NCBI GenBank assembly: GCA_046754105.1
Contig: JBHHVD010000014.1
Coordinates: 1-44,437, forward strand
From: Candidatus Krumholzibacteriia bacterium
GTDB taxonomy: Bacteria > Krumholzibacteriota > Krumholzibacteriia > WVZY01
Direction of reading: 5' to 3'
DNA: 44,437 nt
Shown: one piece after another, positions 8,929 through 18,697 of the stretch
Layout of the letters: each line of letters opens with the position of its first letter
Position numbering within the stretch: position 1 is the first letter of the stretch
Notes under the pieces: generated by a model
What the model was told of the DNA's origin: nothing
Seen by the model: only the letters and a program-made list of their open reading frames with translations
Databases searched by the model: none
Program-made: the position numbers and the translations under genes

Positions 8929-11900
8929 CTACATCTTGCCGTTCATCGCCGGCTCCTGCGAGACGGCCATCGGCTTCATACCGAGCAGACGGCGCACCGC
9001 AACCTTGGCCTCGATCGCGTAGGAAAAAACGAGAGGTGTCAGAAAGAGGGTAAAGACCGTCGACATTACCAAACCGCCGACGACTACCGACCCCAGCCCG
9101 CGGTAGAGCTCCGACCCTGCCCCGGGCAACACCACCAGCGGCAGCATACCCAGGGTGGAAGTCATGGTGGACATCAGGATGGGCCTCACGCGCACCCGCA
9201 CCGATTCCTTCACCGCCGCTCGCGGGTTCATGCCCTCCCGCATCAAGTTGAGCGCCTGGTAGACGATGAGGATGGAATTGTTGATCACCGTTCCCACCAG
9301 GATGACGAACCCGAGCATGGTCAGGATGTCGAGCTGCTGCGCGCTGTCGAAGAGCTGCGCCACGCGGAGCCCCAGCACGCCGCCGAACGTGGCCAGCGGC
9401 ACGGTGAGCATGATAACCAGCGGATACATGAAGGACTGGAACAGCGCGGCCAGCAGCAGGTAGGTCAGGAGAATCACTACGAGAAAGTTCGTGGTCAGCG
9501 CCGATTTCAGCCGGCTGAGATCATCCGCGGCCCCGGTCTGGTGCAGGTCGTACAATCCGCCGATCTGGCCCTGGTCCCGCATCGGGGTGATGATCTCGTC
9601 GTTGATCTTCGCGATGGCGCCTTCGAGCGCGATGTCGTCCGGCAGGACCGTTTCGATGGAGACCGCGCGCTGGCGTTCCACGTGATTTATCTGCACCGGC
9701 CCCTGATGCTGCTCGACGTCCGCGATGTCCCCCAGCGTGATGATCGCGCCGGAGGGTGTCGCGATCGGAAGCTGTTCGATGCTCTGCGTATGCCGGGTCC
9801 AGTCGTCGCGTCCCTTCAGGATGAGGTCGATCTCGCGACCCTCGTGGAAGAACTCGCTGACCTTCATACCGTCGACCAGGGAGTTGACCGTCAAACCGAT
9901 ATCCGTCGCGGTAAAACCGATATCCGCCGCCCGCGCGCGGTCCGGAAAAACGCGCACCTCGGGGTTGCCCAGGTCCAGTCCCGGGATCGGTCGCGACTGC
10001 GCACCGGGAAGCGTCTGCCCCACCTGTCCGAACACCTGGGCGGCGAGGGAGAGTACGTGGTTCAGGTCGGGCCCCGTCACGTCGATCTTCACAGACCGCG
10101 TGCCGGCAAAACCCCGGGCGAACAGCGACGCCTGATTGGCGAAACCGAAGGTGCCCGGCACCGAGAAGAGCACGCCGTTCGCCAGCGGCAGGAGCTCGCG
10201 GGCCCGGGCGGCTTCCCTTGCCCGCATTCCGAGAAACGCCTGGTTACGCAGCGCCACGAAAAAGAAATTGTCGACGCCGCCGCCGGGGAGATCCGCGGCC
10301 TCCTCCTCCGGCGTGTCCCACAGGAATTGGAGCTGTTCCTCGACCGCCTCACCGACCTTGATCATCTCGTCCAGGTTGTACCCGGGCGGCGGCAGCATAA
10401 ACCCGAAGATGAAGTTCTGGTTACCGTTGGGCAGGTATTCCGAATTGGGCAGCAGCACCAGACTCAAGCCGACCGAGATGACGACCATGCCCAGGATTAC
10501 GGCGAGGCGCCGTGCGCCGCGGGCGTTGATAAAATCGACGACGGCCGAGATCCGGGCCGCGATGCGCTCGAGAAGCGATGCGCTGCCCTCCTTGCCGTGC
10601 AGCTTGGTGTTGATCGAGAGGATCTTGGCCGATGCCGACGGGATCACGGTTACCGAAACGATGAGGGACACGGCGATGGCGCTGGAGATGGCGATGGCGA
10701 TGTCGCGGAACAGCTGCCCGGCCCGCTCCTGGATGAACACGATGGGCAAAAACACCGCTACCGTAGTCAGCGTCGACGCCAGCACGGCTCCCCACACTTC
10801 GCGCGTACCGTCGTTGGCCGCCTGCCAACGGTTCTTTCCCATCTGAATGTGGCGATAAATGTTTTCCAGCACGACGATGGCGTTGTCGACTACCATTCCC
10901 ACGGCAAACGCCATACCCGCCAGGGAGATGACGTTGATGGTCCGCCCGACGAGGAACATGGTGAGAAAAGTCGATATCACCGAAATAGGGATGGCCAGGC
11001 CGATAACGAGGACGGACGTTACCGAGCGCAAGAAAAGAAAGAGCACCGCGATCGCCAGAACCCCGCCGAGGAAAATATTGTTGAACACGCGGTCGACCGA
11101 CGAGTGGATATAGACGGTCTCCGTGTACACGTTCTCGAGCTGCATGCCGCGGGGATTGAGTAATTCTTCGTTGATCACGTCGACCTGGGCGAGCAGCGCG
11201 TCGCTTACTTCCAGAACGTTGGCCCCGATCCGGCGTTGGGCGTTGAACGCCAGCGACTTGCGCCCGAAGTGCCGAACCTGCGCGGCGGGCTTTTGATAGG
11301 CCATCGCCACTTCGGCCACGTCGCCGACCCGAATCGCGATGCCGCCGCGGCTGGTGATGATCGTCTGCGCCACGTCTTGGGGGGTATCGAACCTCGAGAT
11401 CGTTCTGACCACGTACCGTCTCTTGCCCTCACCGAAATCACCGCCCGAAATATCCCGGTTGGCCGCCTGCAGAACGCCGGTCAGCTCGCCCACCGTGATC
11501 CCCATCGACGCGAGGAGTTCCGGATCGAAGGTGACGTGCAGCTCCTGCTCGAGCCCGCCGAAGAAGTTGATCGATGACACCCCTTCGACCCGCTCGAGAC
11601 GCGGCTTCACCGTATCCTCGAAGAACGTCAGGTTCTTCTCCACGTCGACGCCGCTGTCGCCCTTGATCACGAACCAGGCGATGGCCCGGTCGAAGCGCCC
11701 CGAGGAAGAGACGATTGGGCGGTCGGCGTTCGTGGGGTAGGAGGGCACTTCGTTGAGCTTGTTGGTAACCCGTACGGTGGCGCCGGTGATGTCCGTACCG
11801 ACCGCGAATTCGAGCGTGATGTTGCCGAAGCCGTCGTTGGCCTGCGACTCCATCTTGACGACGCCTTCGACCGACTTGAGATACTCCTCCTGTTCCTCGA

Positions 11901-12090
11901 TGATTTCCTTCTCGACTTCTTCGGGAGAGGCGCCGACCCAGGCGGTGCCGACGTTAATCACCGGCCGGTCGACGTCGGGCGTGAGCTGTACGGGGACCTG
12001 GAAGAGGGCTAGAAAACCACCGAGGAAGGCAACGAGCACGCCCACGGCAACGGTCACGGGAAACCGGATTGCGGATGTTACGAGGCTCAT
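8929..12090 (-). CDS. RND efflux transporter permease (AcrB/AcrD/AcrF family)
   Basis: 1053 aa; GMVVDNAIVVLENI and RVRPILMST motifs; many TM segments. Confidence 0.95.
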   Translation of the reverse strand: MSLVTSAIRFPVTVAVGVLVAFLGGFLALFQVPVQLTPDVDRPVINVGTAWVGASPEEVEKEIIEEQEEYLKSVEGVVKMESQANDGFGNITLEFAVGTDITGATVRVTNKLNEVPSYPTNADRPIVSSSGRFDRAIAWFVIKGDSGVDVEKNLTFFEDTVKPRLERVEGVSSINFFGGLEQELHVTFDPELLASMGITVGELTGVLQAANRDISGGDFGEGKRRYVVRTISRFDTPQDVAQTIITSRGGIAIRVGDVAEVAMAYQKPAAQVRHFGRKSLAFNAQRRIGANVLEVSDALLAQVDVINEELLNPRGMQLENVYTETVYIHSSVDRVFNNIFLGGVLAIAVLFLFLRSVTSVLVIGLAIPISVISTFLTMFLVGRTINVISLAGMAFAVGMVVDNAIVVLENIYRHIQMGKNRWQAANDGTREVWGAVLASTLTTVAVFLPIVFIQERAGQLFRDIAIAISSAIAVSLIVSVTVIPSASAKILSINTKLHGKEGSASLLERIAARISAVVDFINARGARRLAVILGMVVISVGLSLVLLPNSEYLPNGNQNFIFGFMLPPPGYNLDEMIKVGEAVEEQLQFLWDTPEEEAADLPGGGVDNFFFVALRNQAFLGMRAREAARARELLPLANGVLFSVPGTFGFANQASLFARGFAGTRSVKIDVTGPDLNHVLSLAAQVFGQVGQTLPGAQSRPIPGLDLGNPEVRVFPDRARAADIGFTATDIGLTVNSLVDGMKVSEFFHEGREIDLILKGRDDWTRHTQSIEQLPIATPSGAIITLGDIADVEQHQGPVQINHVERQRAVSIETVLPDDIALEGAIAKINDEIITPMRDQGQIGGLYDLHQTGAADDLSRLKSALTTNFLVVILLTYLLLAALFQSFMYPLVIMLTVPLATFGGVLGLRVAQLFDSAQQLDILTMLGFVILVGTVINNSILIVYQALNLMREGMNPRAAVKESVRVRVRPILMSTMTSTLGMLPLVVLPGAGSELYRGLGSVVVGGLVMSTVFTLFLTPLVFSYAIEAKVAVRRLLGMKPMAVSQEPAMNGKM

Positions 12091-13214
12091 TTAGGTTCGG
12101 CGCCGCCCTGGGCGGCGGCCTGTTCGGGCTCCGATTCCTCGTCACCCTCGCCGGCGCCGGGGGTGCGGACGGGGCTGCCGGGAAAGATGCGCTCGTTCCC
12201 CCGGACCACCACCGGCATGCCGTCCTTCAAGCCGTCCCCGCTCACCGCGACCATGCTGCCGTCGCTCGACGAGGTGATAACGGTGATAGGCGTCGCCTTT
12301 CCATCCACGATCGTATACACCATCGTCTGGCTGCCCTGGCGGATGATGGCGTCTTTCGAGACGGCGAGGCTGGAGAACCTGCCGGTCAGCGACACGGTCG
12401 CCTTGACGAGCATCCCGCTGCCCAGACGGCCGTCCGTGTTCGGCACCGCCACGATCAGGGGAAATGTGTGCGTCGCCTGGGATGCCTGCGGCGCGATCCC
12501 GCTGACCTTGCCGGTCATGGGACGGTCGTTGTTACCGGAAATGTGAATGGTCACGGCGCTGCCAATTGCGACCTGCCCGAAATTTCGCTCCGGCAGATCG
12601 ACGGTGACCTTCATCACCGAGAGGTCAACCATCTCGTAGACCGCAGTACCCGGATTTACCCATTCCCCGATTTCCACCAGCTTGCGCACCGTGAAGCCGC
12701 TGTAGGGGGTGCGGATGTAGCAGTTTGCCAGGTCGAGCTCGAGTTGTTTGCGCTCCGCCTCGAGCTGGTAGTAGCGCTCGATGGTCCGGGTCGCCGTCGC
12801 TTGCGTCTCATCGAGGGCCCGCTCGGGGAGGATCTCCTGCTTGAACAGGTCCTCCGCGCGTTTCAGTTCCTTCTTCGCCAGGTCGGCATCGGCCTGGGCC
12901 TGATTGGTCTCGGCCTGCTTCGCCTCCAGCGAGAGTTTGATGCGCTCGGGGTCGATCGTCACCAGCGGCTTGCCGCTCGCGATCCAACGGCCCTCGCGTG
13001 CGTTGATGGCCTTCACGCGGCCCGCGACCTCGGCGACGATGCGGCTCTCGGCGTTGGCCTCCGAGCGTCCGATCAAGGTCAACTGGTCATGAAACTCGAT
13101 GGTCGTCACCGGCTCCGTCATGACCAGGGCCGGCGGCATGTCCTGCGCCGACGCGGTGGCAAATGCGCCGAGCAGCCACACGGCACTACAAGTTGTACGC
13201 AGGGTGTTTTTCAT
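12087..13214 (-). CDS. RND membrane fusion protein (periplasmic adaptor)
   Basis: Signal peptide from ATG 13214, AEVAGRV, coiled hairpin, IRTPYSG and GLKDGMPVVVRG. ATGA overlap with the RND gene. Confidence 0.9.
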   Translation of the reverse strand: MKNTLRTTCSAVWLLGAFATASAQDMPPALVMTEPVTTIEFHDQLTLIGRSEANAESRIVAEVAGRVKAINAREGRWIASGKPLVTIDPERIKLSLEAKQAETNQAQADADLAKKELKRAEDLFKQEILPERALDETQATATRTIERYYQLEAERKQLELDLANCYIRTPYSGFTVRKLVEIGEWVNPGTAVYEMVDLSVMKVTVDLPERNFGQVAIGSAVTIHISGNNDRPMTGKVSGIAPQASQATHTFPLIVAVPNTDGRLGSGMLVKATVSLTGRFSSLAVSKDAIIRQGSQTMVYTIVDGKATPITVITSSSDGSMVAVSGDGLKDGMPVVVRGNERIFPGSPVRTPGAGEGDEESEPEQAAAQGGAEPK

Positions 13215-13281
13215 GACGTTGCGATTGGCTACAGGGTTGATGCAAACTACGCGCGGAACAAGGGGTTTGTTCCCGTTGGAG

Positions 13282-13315
13282 ATACAAATGTATAGGATTT
13301 CTTGAGTTTTGTCAA
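13282..13315 (-). promoter_or_regulatory. sigma70-like promoter of the RND operon with an overlapping palindrome
   Basis: TTGACA(13315)-N17-TACATT(13292). ATACA-N2-TGTAT at 13282-13293. Confidence 0.55.
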
Positions 13316-13410
13316 TGACCCGCGGACCCGGGGCGAGCTCCCCCGGGGCGGCTGGGGTAGCGATGGCGCGGGTACGCTCCGGCAAGGTGTTTTCACCGCC
13401 CGGCCCGGTA

Positions 13411-13419
13411 TGGTATAAT
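13411..13419 (+). promoter_or_regulatory. Extended -10 element upstream of the methyltransferase
   Basis: TGgTATAAT. Confidence 0.45.
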
Positions 13420-13677
13420 AGCCGGGCACCGGCCCGGGCGTCGATGCCCACCCCACGGTTTCCTCGATGCGAATCTCACGACTGCATAGCCTGCGGCGAC
13501 CGGCGCGGACGCCGCTCCCGGGGCACGACACATGTCAACAGATTTCTTTGCAATGGGTTACATCGAATGGACCCCGGCGGCGTGCCCCGGTGGCGATCCG
13601 CCACTTCGGCCGGGGAGCGGTCCGGGGATTGCATCGAGAAAACCCGGCGCGCCGGCCACAAGAGAAGGGACGCTCGA

Positions 13678-14478
13678 ATGGCACCACGCACGACTACGGC
13701 AAGTAGCACCGGCGCGCTCGACAGTCGCGTGCGCCTCGGCGACCAGCTCCGCCCGGATATCGACTACAGGCGCCCTGCCGGCGGCGGCGAAGCGCTCTTC
13801 GACATGGTCGGCGACCTGGCGGGAGAGCGAATTCTCGATTTGGGCTGCGGTCTCGGCCCGTATCGCCGGCGCCTGGAGGAGCGGGGCGCCCGCTGGGTCG
13901 GGCTCGAGCTTGCCGGGCCGTCGTGCTCGGTGATCGGCGACGGCAACCGGCTGCCCTTCCGCGACGGATCGTTCGACGGGGTGTTGTGCTCGGCCGTGCT
14001 CGAACACGTGCCCGAGCCGGACCGGGTCATGGAGGAAATGAGGCGGGTCCTCCGGCATGGCGGCAAGCTTTTCGGGTACGTCTCGTTTCTTGAGCCGTTT
14101 CATGGTTTGTCCTATTATCACATGTCCCACATGGGTCTGGAGTATCTGCTCATGAAACACGGATTTCGCCCGACACACATTTTTCCGCCCCATAACGGAA
14201 CGGCGTACCAGTTGGAGTGCATGCTGTTTCCGAGAAGCGTTCCGGTCATTCAACCACTGTTTCGAAGACTGGCCCAGTGGTCGTACGCCGCCCTGCTGAC
14301 CGCGAATCGCGCGACGCGAGCGCTCGTTCGCTATACGCTGGGAAAGGGCCGGGAACAGGGGGAGTATGGACGGCTGCTGGCCCTGAGATTTGCTGTGGGA
14401 TTCAACTTCATTGCGGAGAGGGGCGCCATGCCCGACAGTGTCCCGTCCGGTTACCGAACCCTCATCAAGGAAGGATAG
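13678..14478 (+). CDS. Class I SAM-dependent methyltransferase (Methyltransf_11-like)
   Basis: ILDLGCG, LPFRDGSFD, VLEHVPEP and RVLRHGG motifs; AAGGGA RBS. Confidence 0.85.
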   Translation: MAPRTTTASSTGALDSRVRLGDQLRPDIDYRRPAGGGEALFDMVGDLAGERILDLGCGLGPYRRRLEERGARWVGLELAGPSCSVIGDGNRLPFRDGSFDGVLCSAVLEHVPEPDRVMEEMRRVLRHGGKLFGYVSFLEPFHGLSYYHMSHMGLEYLLMKHGFRPTHIFPPHNGTAYQLECMLFPRSVPVIQPLFRRLAQWSYAALLTANRATRALVRYTLGKGREQGEYGRLLALRFAVGFNFIAERGAMPDSVPSGYRTLIKEG

Positions 14479-14482
14479 GTTC

Positions 14483-17400
14483 ATGACGCATCGGCCGTCC
14501 TGGTGTCTCATCCTGTGCGCGTTTTTCATCGGTTCTATGTGCCCCCCTTCCCACGCGGCGGACCCTCGCGGGGGGCCGCTGTCTTTTCTCGACGGGTTTG
14601 CGCTGGTGGTATTGGAGACCAGCGACGTCCGCTCGATGCACGTCGCCAGGGAGGTTATCCACCAACACGGCGGTCATATCGCCATCATGTCGCCTCCATC
14701 GATCATGATGGGCTGGATCCCCGCGGACGCCGGCCGCGAGATCGCCGGTCAAGCCGGCATACGAGACATCTATTCCGATGCGGTGACCCCCGCCGAGGTC
14801 GGCGTGCCGGGCGACGCTTCGCGCCGTATGGTCCACTTTTTCAACCAGGCGGTTCGCGGTGAATTGCAGGCGGAGTACGAGCGTTTCGACGGAGCGTCCG
14901 GCGCGGGAACGGCCGGGCGGCCGACGGACGCATTCGTTCAGCCGCCCATCGACGAGGGCGATTATCTGCGCAACCTGGAATCGGCGGGACTGGACGTCGG
15001 CGAGCTCGAGGACCGGGGGCTGCTGCTCGGGCCGTCCACCGGTGCTCTCGGTAACAGCGATTTCATGACCGGGACGGTGGCGGTAACACTCTTCTTCGTC
15101 GAAAGCGACGGCAGCGGCGGCGATCCGGACCTCTACACGTGGACACCGCAGGATATGCAAAGCTACCTCAACGGCGCGGCGGCCGGGCTGGCGTGGTGGT
15201 CGAGCCAGGCCTTGTCCAGTTTCGATTGCTCCGTGAGTTTTCTCATCAACTATTACTCGGGCGCGGACCCGCGTTGCCAGCAGTGGGCCGAGCCCATCCT
15301 GCACGGCGGCAGTTTCGAGAGCACGTGGGTCACCAATCTCATGACCAATTTCGGGTATACGTCGGGCAGCCGTTTCACACGGGTTAACGCGTTCAACACC
15401 TGGCAGCGTTCCTATTACCAGACCGATCGATCGTTCTCGTCGTTCATAGCCTACAACCCGTTTCCGGCGGCCGCGACGTTTCCGGACGGCATGACCGCGT
15501 TCGCCTACCTCGGCGGGCCGTATTCCGTCCTGCTGTCCCGGGTCCAGGGGTGGCCGACGGCGAACGTGTTCGCGCATGAAAGCGGCCACATCTTCTGGGC
15601 CTGTGACGAGTACAGCGGTGGTTGTACGTCCTGTACGTCGACGTGCGGCAACGGCGTCGCCAACGGGAACTGCGAGGCCTGCAACCCCGGTTCCCGTGAC
15701 TGCATGATGAAATTCAACGATTTTACCTTGTGCACGTTCACAAGGGGCCAGGTCGGCTGGGGGGCCAACACGCCGTGCGCTCCGCCGCCGCCACCGCCCC
15801 TGCCCGCCCCTGCGGCCGCGGCGTCCTACCCGGCGTCGGGACTGCAGGGCATCGATTTGACCGTTACGGTGGGCGGTGCCAATTTTTTCCCGGGCGCGAC
15901 GGTCGACTTCGGACCGAGCATCTTTGTGCACACGACGAACCTCGTCGGCGCCGAATCGCTGGTCGTGGACGTCACGGTGCTCAACGACTCGCCGCTGGGC
16001 CCTGTGGATATCGTGGTGCGAAACCGGGACGGCCAGAGCACGACCCTCTCGGCGGCGTTCGAGGTCATGCCGACGCTTCGTCATTACTACAAGCCGGGCG
16101 GAGGCAACGTGTTTCCGTACATCACACCGTCGACCGCGGCCTCATCGCTGACCGAGGCCATCGCGTCCGCCTTCGACGGAGACACGCTCTTTCTGGCGAC
16201 GACGACACTGAATAACATCTCGATCGCCATCGACCGGGGCGTGCTGCTCCACGGCGCCTGGAACAACGATTTCACACAGCGGGACCTCCAGAGCGGCAAG
16301 ACCGTTCTCAACCTGAACGGAAACGTCCTGGTTTTCCCGGGCACGCAGGGCGGCGGGCTCGACGGCTTCGTCCTTCAAAACGGCACCGGAACCCCCGCGA
16401 CGGTCCCGTTTCCCGCGGACTTCGGCGGCGCGGTGAAGATTCTCGGCTCGAGTGCGACCGTGGCCAACTGCGAGATGCGGTTCAACGCCGCTACCACCGG
16501 GTCCAACTACGGAGTCGGCGGGGCGATTTTCGCCCGTGATTGCGCGGTGGATCTGCGCGACAATTTTATTCACCAGAACACGGCCACACGGGGAGGGGGT
16601 ATCTATCTCTATAATTGCACCGGAACGGTGACGGGCAACACGATCGCCGACAACACAGTCTCGACGGCGTCGTCGAGTGCCGAGGGCGGCGGCATGGTCC
16701 TGGCGGCGTGCCCCGACGTGACGCTAGACGGCAACGCGATCACAGGAAATACCGGCGCCAAGTTCGGCGGCGGGATTCGCATCGAAGCCTCGACTGCGGC
16801 GATTTCCGGCGGTGCCATCTCCGGCAACCAGGCGATGGTCGTATCGGGCACCGGCGGCGGCGTGGACATAGACGCGTCGGCGGTGTCTCTTAGCGGCGTG
16901 ACGATATCCGGCAACAGCGCGAGCCTCGTCGGGGGCGGCGTCGCCACAACGGCCGCTTCCGACCTCACGGTCATCGAATGCTCCGTGTCGTCGAACACGG
17001 CCATCCTCGGTGGCGGAATCTATGCGGTCGACGGAACCGCCGATGTCCGGCACAACCTGATCGTCGCCAACCAGGGCACGACCTCTGGGGGCGGGATGTT
17101 CCTCGGCATCCTGAGCGGGGGGGCCGTGATTGGAAACACGCTCGATCAAAACGGCTCCGCCGGCGTGGGGGGCATGTTTCTCCCCGATGTGCCGATGGAG
17201 GCGTTCAACAACATCGTGGCCAATTCAGTGGGCGTGGGCATCGAATGCGGCGGCACGATCTCCCTCGCACGTTCCTACAACCTCGTGTGGAACAACAGCG
17301 GCGGTGACTATAACGGCTGTGGGGCCGGATCGGGGTCGATCGCAGCCGATCCCCGCTTCGCCGACGCGGCCGGGGGCGATTACCACCTGGCGCTCCACTC

Positions 17401-18085
17401 GCCGGCGATCGACGCGGGCAATCCGGACGTAACGTTCCAGGACCCCGACGGATCGCGCGGGGACATGGGATGGTACGGATCTCACGCCCTGGTCATGGAA
17501 CAGCCGTCACGCCCCGTGAACCTGACGTCCCTGGCCAACGGGGGCACTACCACGCTCGCGTGGTCCCCGAATCCCGAGGCGGACGTCGTGTCATACGCCG
17601 TCTACTGCGACTCGGTCAGCGGATTTGTGCCGTCGATCGCCACGTTCGTCGTACTCGCCGCCGGCACGGACTCGACGGCCACCGTCCCGTCCACGGGCGA
17701 TTCGGCCTACTACCGCATCTCCGCCGTCGACACGGCCGGCTACGCCGGCGGTTACTCCGGCGAGGCGGTGGCAGTCGTCGCCACGGCAATCGGGCCGCTT
17801 GCTGGCCACCGCTTCAAACTTCACCAGAACGTTCCCAACCCGTTCAATCCCGTGACGCGGATCTTCTACGAGCTGCAGTCCCGGGTTCCCGTGACGCTCC
17901 GCATCTACGACGTCGACGGACGCCTGGTAAGGCGTCTGGCCCACACCGAGCAGGGACCGGGCGTGTTTACATTGGAATGGGATGGCACGAACAACGGCGG
18001 CAGCCGCGTGGCATCCGGGATTTATTTCTACCGCCTGGCGGCGGGCGGTTTCGTGCAGACCAAGAAGATGGTGCTGCTAAAATAA
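14483..18085 (+). CDS. Large secreted protein: HExxH metallopeptidase-like domain, Ig/IPT domain, parallel beta-helix, FN3-like domain, FlgD-Ig C-terminal domain
   Basis: Signal peptide; AHESGHIFWACDEY; poly-Pro linker; GGGI/N-x-A beta-helix repeats; DYHLALHSPAIDAG...DMG; QNVPNPFNP...SGIYFYRL. Confidence 0.8.
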   Translation: MTHRPSWCLILCAFFIGSMCPPSHAADPRGGPLSFLDGFALVVLETSDVRSMHVAREVIHQHGGHIAIMSPPSIMMGWIPADAGREIAGQAGIRDIYSDAVTPAEVGVPGDASRRMVHFFNQAVRGELQAEYERFDGASGAGTAGRPTDAFVQPPIDEGDYLRNLESAGLDVGELEDRGLLLGPSTGALGNSDFMTGTVAVTLFFVESDGSGGDPDLYTWTPQDMQSYLNGAAAGLAWWSSQALSSFDCSVSFLINYYSGADPRCQQWAEPILHGGSFESTWVTNLMTNFGYTSGSRFTRVNAFNTWQRSYYQTDRSFSSFIAYNPFPAAATFPDGMTAFAYLGGPYSVLLSRVQGWPTANVFAHESGHIFWACDEYSGGCTSCTSTCGNGVANGNCEACNPGSRDCMMKFNDFTLCTFTRGQVGWGANTPCAPPPPPPLPAPAAAASYPASGLQGIDLTVTVGGANFFPGATVDFGPSIFVHTTNLVGAESLVVDVTVLNDSPLGPVDIVVRNRDGQSTTLSAAFEVMPTLRHYYKPGGGNVFPYITPSTAASSLTEAIASAFDGDTLFLATTTLNNISIAIDRGVLLHGAWNNDFTQRDLQSGKTVLNLNGNVLVFPGTQGGGLDGFVLQNGTGTPATVPFPADFGGAVKILGSSATVANCEMRFNAATTGSNYGVGGAIFARDCAVDLRDNFIHQNTATRGGGIYLYNCTGTVTGNTIADNTVSTASSSAEGGGMVLAACPDVTLDGNAITGNTGAKFGGGIRIEASTAAISGGAISGNQAMVVSGTGGGVDIDASAVSLSGVTISGNSASLVGGGVATTAASDLTVIECSVSSNTAILGGGIYAVDGTADVRHNLIVANQGTTSGGGMFLGILSGGAVIGNTLDQNGSAGVGGMFLPDVPMEAFNNIVANSVGVGIECGGTISLARSYNLVWNNSGGDYNGCGAGSGSIAADPRFADAAGGDYHLALHSPAIDAGNPDVTFQDPDGSRGDMGWYGSHALVMEQPSRPVNLTSLANGGTTTLAWSPNPEADVVSYAVYCDSVSGFVPSIATFVVLAAGTDSTATVPSTGDSAYYRISAVDTAGYAGGYSGEAVAVVATAIGPLAGHRFKLHQNVPNPFNPVTRIFYELQSRVPVTLRIYDVDGRLVRRLAHTEQGPGVFTLEWDGTNNGGSRVASGIYFYRLAAGGFVQTKKMVLLK

Positions 18086-18140
18086 TCGCGCCGACAACGG
18101 TGTTCCGTTGACCCCATAGCCGAAGGAAAGGGATGATGCC

Positions 18141-18581
18141 ATGTTCAAGTCACTCTTGAGAACAGACGCTGACTATTCCGCTACGGTGTTGAGGCTGATG
18201 TTGGGATTGGTCTTTTTCGCGCACGGCGCACAAAAAATGCTGGGATGGTTCGGCGGCGGCGGGTACTCGGGGACGATGCAGGCACTGGGAGGCATGGGCA
18301 TACCGTCGTTCATGATCTTTCTTCTTATCGTCACCGAGTTCTTCGGCTCCATCGCCCTCATCATCGGCTTTTTGGGGCGCGTCGCAGCACTCGGCATCGG
18401 CACGGTCATGGTCGTCGCCGTCGTCAAAGTGCACGCGGCGAACGGTCTCTTCATGAATTGGTACGGCGCCCAGCCCGGCGAGGGATTCGAGTACCACCTG
18501 CTCGTTATCGCCGTCGCCGCAGCGCTCTTGATCAAGGGCAGCGGCGCGTTGTCGGTGGACGTCGCGTTGTCGTCCAGGTAA
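18141..18581 (+). CDS. DoxX family membrane protein
   Basis: LRLMLGLVFFAHGAQK, GFEYHLL and GSGALSVD motifs. Confidence 0.92.
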   Translation: MFKSLLRTDADYSATVLRLMLGLVFFAHGAQKMLGWFGGGGYSGTMQALGGMGIPSFMIFLLIVTEFFGSIALIIGFLGRVAALGIGTVMVVAVVKVHAANGLFMNWYGAQPGEGFEYHLLVIAVAAALLIKGSGALSVDVALSSR

Positions 18582-18610
18582 CGCGCGCGGGCGGCGCCGA
18601 TTGGGGTCCG

Positions 18611-18657
18611 GGCGCGCAAGGACGGAGGCGATCCGGCTCAAACGGTCCTTGCGCGCC
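18611..18657. terminator. 13-bp inverted repeat between the convergent DoxX and DUF885 genes
   Basis: GGCGCGCAAGGAC-N21-GTCCTTGCGCGCC. Confidence 0.4.
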
Positions 18658-18697
18658 GGGCCCAACCACACCGGAGATCCTTTTTGACGCATCGAGG

